Source: Gekko japonicus
Lineage: Eukaryota
Assembly: GCF_001447785.1 (NCBI RefSeq)
Contig: NW_015170314.1
Span: 296,965 to 360,964 of the forward strand
Direction: 5' to 3'
Length of the DNA: 64,000 bases
Shown here: positions 1-9,790 of the stretch, in pieces
How positions within the stretch are numbered: the first letter of the stretch is position 1
How the letters are laid out: each line of letters opens with the position of its first letter
Notes under the pieces: generated by a model
What the model saw: the letters and a program-made list of their open reading frames with translations, nothing else
The model's database searches: none
What the model was told of the DNA's origin: nothing
Made by a program: the position numbers and the translations under genes

Positions 1-2220
1 CAACCTGGCCGAGGCCCCTGCGGTGGGGAAGAGCAGAGAAGAGGCAAGATGAAAATACCAACTACCAATGCTCCCTCTAAGCTGTGGAGTCTTGTGGGCA
101 AAAATACTACTCTGTGAGCTACTGGCATTAAGGTTGTGAGCGGGCCATTTGGCTACTGCATGAATTAGCTCGGTCTGGAGCAGTGTTCCCTCTACGCTGA
201 GTTAGTGTGAGCTAGCTCGCAGTTTTTTAGCCTCCGGCTCACACATCTTTGCCTTAGCTCAGGAAGGAGGGCTCCAGAGCAAGCTAATTAAGGCAGTAGC
301 CAAGGCACTCGCTCACAACTTTAATGCCAGTAGCTCACAAAGTAGAATTTCTGCTCACAAAACTCCACAGGTTAGAGGGAGCATTGGTGAGGGGCCGTCC
401 TTCCTGAGCCAAGACAGAAATGTGTGAGCCGGAGGCTAAAAAACTGTGAGCTGGCGCACACTCACTCAGCTTAGAGGGAACTCTGCCAACTACAGATACC
501 TTTTCCAGGTCAGCCCCTGCCCCTCTTCCTAATCTTTTCAAGGCCAAGCTCTGTAGGAACTTCGGACTGACCCAAATATCAACTTGACTTTTCGTGACTT
601 CCACATTGCTCAAGGAGGTGTTGGCAGTTTACACAGAAGAATCTCTTTTCCCTGCTACAAAGGAAACCCCTTTCGTTTTCTACATCCAGGGCAATTCTTG
701 AGCCTTCTCTCTCCTGGGAAAGCTGCCAAAGACAGTGCAGAGGTCCAATGGGGGAGAAATGTCAGGAAATTTTCCTTTCAAGGGAAGATTTCCTCTCCAG
801 AGGAAGTCACACGCTGCACTGAGAGCGTGTGACTGGCCCAAGGGCACCCAGCGAGCTCCCACGGCACAGCAGAGACTCGAACCTGAGTCTCCCAGATCTC
901 CCCTCCACTTTATCCTCACAACAACACTGTGAGGTAGGCTGCACTGAGAGCGTGTGACTGGCCCAAGGGCACCCAGTGAGCTCCCACGGCACAGCAGAGA
1001 GAGATGTAAAATTTCCGGAAATTTTGAAGCTCAGAAAAAACCCCGGTTTTTCCCCAGTTTTTTTCTGGAAAAAAAAGAGGAAATTTTCGGAAAAATTGAA
1101 AAAAATGCTACATTACTATTTCTTTTGTCTTTTCTAGACTGAAAGTCATTCTGTTACTTTAGGAACATAAAATATGACTATGGACATTTTTACTTGGCAT
1201 GAAAGTATCACAACTAGCATATTAAAAATATAGTGTATCCAAACAATTATTACAAACAGAATACCCACCCACATGCAAAAACAAAACTGAAACCTTCTTA
1301 TTTTCTTCTGACAATAGCACCTCTTAAAGGAAGAAATGAATCTTCCTTTGGGGTGGGGGGAACAGCCCCACCCTTCCTCAGCCTGTGACTATTGGTTTTA
1401 AGTTACCTAGAGTTATACATTACCATGAAATCAGGTCAGGAGAACCCCCTCTAGGCTCTGAGACAGGAGTGGGAGGTGCCGGAATGTCGGGAAACTATTC
1501 AGTATTATTCGCAGGAGTGAGGAAACTGGGGCGACAAGAAAGGCAGCGGCGGAACAGAGCGCCCTACTCAAATAATCAGTTCTCAAGTGTCCCTTTCTCT
1601 ACTGAGTCATTCATGAGACCAGCTGGGGAAACCATGGGCTCATTTGTCTTCAAGGGCCAGACTCCTGCCTTTGCTGGGGAAAGTCCCTGGCTTGCTTGGG
1701 GAAGAAAGAACACAGCCCTGCAAGCACTGCGCATTTAGAGGGTGATGAAATGAAATGACAACAGGGGAGCCATTAACAGCAAAAGATCGGGAAGTTGCAC
1801 AACAGCAGCCGGAGGAATTCATGTGCTCGAAGACTTCCTTTCCTTTTATTCCCTTAGAAGCTCGTTGATTCGTAAATCTTGAGCAGTGGGAAAAATTGTT
1901 CCTTGTTTTTTTGGATGCAAGGGCCAAAAGGACTGAAACGTTCTGCAATTGCTAAAGTAAAGTAGGTTCCTTGTAATTAAGTAAAAAGGTAATTAAGTAA
2001 AGAATCACAGTGGCATCCAGTCAAAGTCAGTACAAAGTCAAAACCTGATTACCAGAACATCCTTCACTGGCCTGAAGTGGATGAGGTCTCACTGGGGCAG
2101 CAAGAATGTCGGGCAGTCTGAGTAGACAATACTGATGGACCACCAGTCTGTTTCAGTATAAGGCAGCTTCATGTGTTTTCATGACTTGGGGTAAGGTGGC
2201 TTAAGTCGTCATGTAGGAAG

Positions 2221-2430
2221 GGGTTGTGGCTCAGTGGCAGAGCATCCGCTTGGCATGCAGAAGGTCCCGGGTTCAATCCCTGGCATCTCCAGTTTTAAGG
2301 ACCAGGTAGTAGGTGGTGGGAAAGACCTCTGCCTGAGGCCCTGGAGAGCCGCTGCCAGTCTGAGTTGACAAGACTGACCTCAATAGACAGACGGTCTGAT
2401 TCAGTAGAAGGCAGCTTCATGCGTTCCCAT
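2221..2430 (+). mobile_element. tRNA-Ala-like-headed SINE
   Basis: GTGGCTCAGTGGCAGAGC...GGTTCAATCCC head plus a shared body. Copies at ~16000-16185 (-), ~22018-22210, ~58660-58845 (-) and ~63172-63395 (-). Confidence 0.75.
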
Positions 2431-4154
2431 GACTTGGTGTAAGGTAGCTTCCATATTCATGTAAGAAGGGATCGTGGCCAATGCTCCCTCTAAGCTGTGC
2501 AAAACTTCTACTTTGTGAGCTACTGGCATTAAAGTTGTGAGTGAGCGATTTGGCTGCTGCATAAAATAGTTTGCTCTGGAGCCATCCTTCCTGATTGTAA
2601 GACAAAAGTGTGTGAGCCAGAGGCTAAAAAACTGTGAGCTAGCTCACACTGACTCAGCTTAGAGGGAACACTGGTCGTGGCTCAGAAGCAGAGCCTCTGC
2701 TTGGTATGTAGAAGGTCCCAGGTTCAATCCCCGGCATCTCCAGTGTTTTGGAGTATAAGGGAACGGTGGGTTAATTAAAGGTTTAACATAATGATCCCTT
2801 ATATTTTCAAAGAACCTACATTCGAGCAGGGCATGAAAGGATGTATCGATCCTGGGCAAATTCTGTCTGAGTGGGGCCTGTTCGAAAATCTCCCCGGTAA
2901 AACCACTCAGTCTTGTCTTGCAAACAAGAAAGCGCTGCGTATTGTGGTCGACTCTAGAAACCGAAGGTGCAACAAAGTACTTCAGGCTGCACATGCAGCT
3001 GAGAGCAGATGCGGCGCATGCAAGAAGAGATCCCCCCAAGGAACCCACAATGATTACAAGAAGGCCTGGATCCTCCTGAGGGACTGAACTCTGAAACTAG
3101 ACCGCTAGCTGTAAGGCCCAAGCCCAAACTTGAAAAATGCCAACTGCACAAGACTGTAGAATAGGGACCTCATCATCGAAAGGCTAGATCAAATCAAGCC
3201 TGAACTCTCCCTAGATCAGGGGTGTCAAACATAAGGCCCGGCGGCTGGAACCGGCCCATTCAGAGCTCTTATATGGCCTGTGAGCAACCAGTGCAAGGGA
3301 GGGAACAGGAGATTGTTCATGGGGGAGTGGGCAGAGCCACTCCAATTGTGGCTTCACCATGGTGCAACAAACCTCATCTGCAGCAGTCAAGCAGTGCGGG
3401 AACGTCTGCCCAGTGCTGCGTTGCTAGGTCTCCAGTCCACCCATATGGGTTTTCCTTTGGACCCCCCCTCCCAGTTCACGGAGCCTTGCAGTGAGGACAC
3501 ACCAACTCGGAGCTTACCAGCTGCTGTCCTTTATACAGTTTATATCTCCGGGACCTGGCATTATGTTTTATGGCACACACGGCCAGTGTTCCCTCTAAGC
3601 TGAGTTAGTGTGAGCCAGCTCACAGTTTTTTAGCCTCTGGCTCACACATTTTTCTCTTAGCTCAGGAAGGATGGCTCCAGAGCAAACTAATTTATGCAGC
3701 AGTGAAAATAGCACCTCCTAAAGGAAGAAATGCATCTTGTTCTTGCATCGGAGAGTTCAGTTTGTAACCTAGGACTTGCTTGTTCTCAGTGCACAGACAT
3801 TAGATCAATCTGATACCATGCATATTTTTTTAGAAATGATTTGGAAAATATTTGAACACCTTGTCTTAAAATATTTTATTCATCACGTTAAAATAAAACG
3901 TTCTATAATCAATTTCTTTTCTTTTCTTTTTTCAATTTTTCGGGGGGGGGGGGGGGGGCCAAAAAAGGTTTCGGGGGAAACCTGAATTTTTCCGGTTTCC
4001 CCCCGGGCCTTCACATCTCTAGCCATAGAGGCCATCTAGTCCAGCCCCCGGCTCCATGCAGGATCGGCCTAAAGCGTCCCTGACAAGCGTTCGTCCAGCC
4101 GCTACTTGAAGACTGCCAGGGAAGGGGAGCTGAACTACTCTTACTGTAGATTTG

Positions 4155-4365
4155 GGCGGGGTCACTGTGTTGGTCTGTAGCAACAGAACAAAGTCTGAGT
4201 CCAGGGGCACCTTTAAGACCAGCAAAGTTTTATTCTGAGTATAAGCTTTCGTGTTCGGGCACACTTCTTCAGATACACTTCTTTGTGAGCGTGCACGTGA
4301 AAGCTTATGCCCAGAATAAATCTTTGACGGTGTTAAAGGTGCCACTGGACTCAAACTCATCCTAC
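4155..4365. mobile_element. Short Penelope-derived inverted remnant
   Basis: GAGTCCAGGGGCACCTTTAA / TTAAAGGTGCCACTGGACTC arms. Relatives at ~14020-14215, ~33573-33900, ~40630-40845, ~54195-54290 and ~57200-57325. Confidence 0.7.
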
Positions 4366-4722
4366 TCTTCCTGCGAAAATCCCGCCCCCAATAACCAGCC
4401 AGCATCTCCCTGTAATTTAAACCCATGATTGCGAGTCCTCTCCTCTGCCGTCAACAGGAACAGCTCCCTGCCCTCCTCTAAGGGACAGCCCATCAAACAC
4501 TTCGACAGCAATCGTGTCCCCCCCCCACCTCCTTTTCTCCAGAGGGAACATTCCCAAGTCCCTCAGCCTTTCCTCGTAGGGCTTGGTCTCCAGGCCCCCT
4601 GATCATCCTCGTCCCTCTCCTCCGCACCCACTCCATTCTTTTGAAATCAGGCCTCCAGTACTGCACACACGACTCCAGCCACAGCCTGGCCAATACAGTA
4701 TACAGCAGGACTATGACACCTT

Positions 4723-5071
4723 GGAGCTGCGGTGGCTCAAGTGGTTAAGATGCTGAACTGCAGGCTGTGGAAGGTCAGTAGTTCAGCAGTTCGAGACCCG
4801 GGCTGCCGCATGACGGAGTGAGCTTCCGTCTCTAGTTCCAGCTCCTGCCAACCTAGCAGTTCGAAAGCAAGAAACTGCAAGTAGATAAATAGGTACCGCT
4901 TTGGTGGGAAGGGAACAGCGTTCCGTACGCCTTGGTGTTTAGTCATGCCAGCCACATGACCATGGAAACATCTTTGGACAGCGCTGGCTCTTCGGCTTTG
5001 AAACGGAGATGAGCACCGCAACCCTAGAGTCGGAATCGACTGGCTTTCAAGCAAGGGAACCTTTACCTTTA
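4723..5071 (+). mobile_element. Sauria SINE (full length)
   Basis: tRNA-like head (GTGGCTCAAGTGG...GTTCGAGAC) and (ACCTTT)n tail. Other copies at ~16303-16646, ~20334-20680, ~34190-34335 (-), ~40180-40308 and ~55005-55280. Confidence 0.85.
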
Positions 5072-5419
5072 TGACACCTTGCTATTTGGATGTTATGCCT
5101 CTGTTGATACACCCCAAGACCGCATGCCGCTGCACCACACTGACTGCTTATATTTTGCTTATAGTCCACCCGTACCCCAAGATCTTGTTCACACACACAC
5201 ACACTGCTACCCAGAAGTGTTGGCAGGTCAAGAGAAGGGACAATAAGAACTTAACTGAGGGCATACCAAAGGAAACAGAAAAGGCTTTGCCTGCTGACCC
5301 AGGACAATGACTAAGGGAGACAAATGAATCTCCTTGGGTTGCTGCCCATCTACCCCACAACAGATCTGTGTGTGGAGGAGGACTGTGCACCGTCAACCAA
5401 AGACAGCGCTGAACAAATA

Positions 5420-6185
5420 AATGTTTAAAGGATCTGGAAGAATTTTTTAAAATAAATAATACTGAAGGAATGTCCTTGGCTACAATTTGGGGAGCAAGTA
5501 AACCTTTCATTAGAAGAATCCTATTAGCAGCTGCTGCCAAGAAGAAAAAAAAAGGGGGGGGGGGGAACAGAACTAAGACATTGATAGGGAAAAAATCCAA
5601 AGATTGGAGCAAGAGCACACACACACAAAAATCCGAACAAAGATACATTAGTAGAAATCAGACAACTAAAGAATCAATTAGATATGTTCGAAATGGAAGA
5701 GGTATAGAAAAAAATTAAAATTAAAGCAAAGGCATTTTGAACACGCTAATAAACCTGGCAGATACTTTACAAGGTAGAAGGAGAATGAGAAAAACTTCTG
5801 ATTATTGTATAAGTGGATTTTGAACAAAAATATCTTTTGCTTTTTATTGTGAGATAATGTAATAGACGTTCCTTCGGACTTTGGTACATTAAAAGCTACA
5901 GTTAGTGCGCAGAAATGACAAAATATGTAACGTGGAATATATAGAGACGATGAAATTAATGATGTCCTTGCAAAACAGATCAGTTATGAAATCTGAAATA
6001 TAAAATGTTTGAAGTAAGGACTATTGCAGTCTATGGAGAATGTCATAAAAATCGTGGTGAAGGGGAAATTGGGGAGAAATATTTTCTGTTCTGTAGTGTA
6101 TAATATTATATGAGCCTTCTTTTCCTTTTGTAACCCTTTTATATCATTATCTTGTTTTCTAATACACATATATAAAAACTAAAAA
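5420..6185 (+). mobile_element. Degraded L1-clade ORF2 fragment
   Basis: Remnant motifs IW.ASKPFIR and HFEHANKPGRY; A-rich; frameshifted. Confidence 0.65.
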
Positions 6186-8768
6186 TAGCTCTGAATGAAG
6201 CCAAACTGCAGCCCTTGGCTTTTCACAGAGGGAAGCACGGATGTGCTCACATATAACTCCTAGTGAGGCCCGATATGAAGGCAGTGGCCAATTTAGCTCA
6301 CCTGGATTCCAGTAAGCATGTGGGGGGGGGGGGGGGGGGGAAGGTGGTGTGTTGGAGGGGGTGGACTTGAGCCCTTGCTTATGGGGGAGATTAGCAGGGG
6401 TTGGGATAGGCAGGACGACACAACCGCCGACGCCAGCCCCCCACACACCAGAAACACCTTTAAGTGTTGGTTCTGGCTGTTCCACACCAGGGCAGGAGGA
6501 ACACAGCCCCATCAGGACGGGGCCATTTTTTAGCCGGGGAGCCTGACTTCCCCTTCCAAGGTGGCTTTCTTGGAGCAGGGCTTCTCTCTGTCTCCTCACA
6601 CCCAATCACAAAGCATTCTCTAAGGCACCGTTTCCTCGCCTTTTTAGTTTACTCCCAATTTACTTGGGAGGGCGGCCCATGTGGAGCCAGTCCCAGGTTT
6701 TTTGGCACCCGAGTTGAACTATGACCTTGTTGCCCATCTGGTCCAGCACTGCATTTTCTACAGCGGCCAACCAGACGTTGTTAAGAAACCCACAAACTTC
6801 ACACGAAGGGTGCAGCTGCCCCCAAGCAAATATGCAAACCGCCAAAAAAACACCCCCAAACCCTGTACAAATAAAGTATTACACAATAAACAGCATGCTT
6901 AAAACAAATTAGTGTTTTCTTTTACAGTCCTTTTTCACAGAAGTTATCAACTACTCCCTCTTTGTCTCTAACCATAGTCACAAACATTAACTTCTGTGAA
7001 AAAGGACTGTAAAAGAAAACACTGATTCACTTTAAGGACACTGTTTGTTGCCTAATACTTCATTTGTACAGGTTTTTGTACTTTATTTGTACACAGGGTT
7101 TGTGGGGGGGGGGGTTGGTGGTTGGCATATTTGCATACGTTGTATAGCCACTGGTGGTTAAGAACGTAACAACATAAGAGAAGCCAATGTTGGATCAAGC
7201 CAATGGCCCATCCAGTCCATCACTCTGTCACACAGTGGCCAAAAATACCAGGTGCCCTCAGGAGGTCCAGCAGTGGGGCCAGGACACTAGAAGCCCTCCC
7301 ACTATTGCCCCCCCCCCCCAAGCACCAAGAATACAGAGCATCCCTTGCCCCAGACCGAGAGTTCCTATCGATACCTTGTGGCTAATAGTCACGGATGGAC
7401 CTCTGCTCCATATGCTTATCCAGTTCCCTCTTATAAGAACATAAGAGAAGCCCATGTTGGATCAGGCCAATGGCCCATCTAGTCCAACACTCTGTGTCAC
7501 ACAGTGGCCAAAAACACCAGGTGCCATCAGGAGGTCCAGCAGTGGGGCCGGGACACCAGAAGCCCTCCCACTGTTGCCCCCCCCAGCACCCAGAATACAA
7601 AGCATCCCTTTGCCCCCAATCAAATGGCATTCCATTTCCTCCTCCCGTCCAGCTACGACTGATGCTCAACAATTTTTCCTCCTCATTGTTGTAAAGGGAG
7701 GCAGGAGGGGAGAGTGTGAGACACCAACAAGGAGGATGAGGCGAGAAAGGACGATGCAAGAGGCAAACGGCAGGCCGCGGCTGCTAGAGAGGAATGGCCC
7801 GTGACTCACTTTGAGAGGCTTCGTGACCCACTTTTGGGTCCTGACCCACGGGCTGGGAAACTCTGCTCTGAGAAATCAGCCCCTGCCCACGGCTTTTCCC
7901 CACTGCAAGCTCCGGAGGCCGGGACACGGAGGCACCCGTCCCCTGCTGCTATCTCAAGAGACCCGGTTAGCTGGCCAGTGAGAGGGGGCCACGGAGAGGG
8001 CAGGAATTCCCCCCGGGATTCTCGCACAAGGTGAAGTCAGCACGGGCAAGGCGAGAGGATGTGGCTGCGTGCAAGAGCAGCGGGGGGAATCCCCACTTCA
8101 CTCGACCACGACAGGCAGAAGACTCCGGTGAACCAGAGGTCTCCGATGATTACCGCTTCAGCCCATACCGAGACGACGACCCACCTTATTTATTTATTTA
8201 GGTTTCTAGGCCACCCTTCCTTGCAAGCGAGGCTCCCTCTAAGCTGTGGAGTCCTGTGAGCAAAAATCCTACTTTGTGAGCCATGGGCATTAAAGTTGTG
8301 ACTGAGCAATTCGGCTGCTGCATACATTAGCCTGCTCTAGAGCCCTCCTTCCCAAGCTGAGACAAAAACGTGTGAGCCGGAGGCTAAAAAAAATGGTGAG
8401 CTGGCTCACATTAACTCAGCTTAGAGGGAACACTGCTTGCAAGCAAGGCTCAGGGTGTTTCAAGGAGAAAATACGATCAATGGTTAAAATTTAAAACCAA
8501 GAATGAGATACAAAAAAGACACAGCTCCAATAATACACCAGTGTAATTTGGTTGATCCGAGATGGTGGGAAAAAATTCCAGATTTCGCAGGCCTCCCGGG
8601 GGGGGGGGGGGGGGGGGGGCTACGGAGGACAGAGGGTATGAGTGACAGACCACAGGCTGTACCGTCGCTGCCCTCAACCTGTCCTTGCAGGATTGTCATA
8701 AGGATTTCTGAGAGGACGCCTCGGAAAGAGCTGCAAACACTTGAAACGTGCCAAATTTGGTGTAGTGG

Positions 8769-9790
8769 AGAGAGCCAGTTTGGTGTCGTGGTTAAGTGCA
8801 CGGACTCTAATCTGGGAGGACCGGGTTTGATTCCCTACTCCTCCACTTGCACCCGGCTGGATGACCTTGGGCAAGCCCTAGTTCTGATAAGAGCTGTTCT
8901 TGGAAAAGAGCAGTTGCTGTCAGAGCTCTCTCAGCCCCACCCGCCTCACAGGTTGTCTGTTGTGGGGAGGGGAAGGGAAAGGAGTTTGTAAGCCGCTCTG
9001 AGGCTCCTTTGGGTAGTGAAGGGCGGGGTATAAATCCAATCTCTTCCTCTTCTTCTCTAATCTGAGAGAACCGGGTTTGATTCCCGACTCCTCCAATTGC
9101 ACCTGCTGGATGACCTTGGGGAAGCCGTAGTTCTGATAAGAGCTGTTCTTGGAAAAAGAGCAGTTTCTATCAGAGCTCTCTCAGCCTCACCTGCCTTACA
9201 GGGTGTCTGTTGTGGGGAGGGGGAGGGAAAGGAGGTTGTAAGCCGCTCTGAGACTCCTTTGGGTAGTGAAGGGCGGGGTATAAATTCAATCTCTTCTTCT
9301 TCCTCCTCCACTTGCACCTGCTGGATGACCTTGGGCAAGCCATAGTTCTGTCAGAGCTGTTCTTGGAAAAGAGCAGTTTCTGTCAGAGCTCTCTCAGCCT
9401 CGCCTACCTCACAGGGTGTCTGTTTTGGGAGGGGGAAGGGAAAGGAGTTTGTAAGCCGCTCTGAGACACCTTTGGGTAGTGAAGGGTGGGGTCTAAATCC
9501 AATCTCTTCTTCTTCTTCTTCTTCTTCTTCAAATAATGGGTTATCCAATCTCTTCTTCTTCCTCCACTTGCACCTGCTGGATGACCTTGGGCAAGCCATA
9601 GTTCTGGCAGAGCTGTTCTTGGAAAAGAGCAGTTTCTGTCAAGAGCTCTCTCAGCCCCACCCACCTCACAGGGTGTCTGTTTTGGGAGGGGGAAGGGAAA
9701 GGAGTTTGTAAGCCGCTCTGAGACACCTTTGGGTAGTGAAGAGTGGGGTCTAAATCCAATCTCTTCTTCTTCTTCTTCAAATAATGGGTT
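8769..9790 (+). repeat. Tandem array of four MIR/Ther1-derived (Squam3-type) SINE units
   Basis: One full head, then three head-truncated units, each ending AAATCCAATC(TCT)n. Confidence 0.85.

Noticed and set aside
2221-2292. tRNA-Ala-like gene
   Set aside because: It continues into a shared SINE body present in several diverged copies; it is a SINE head.
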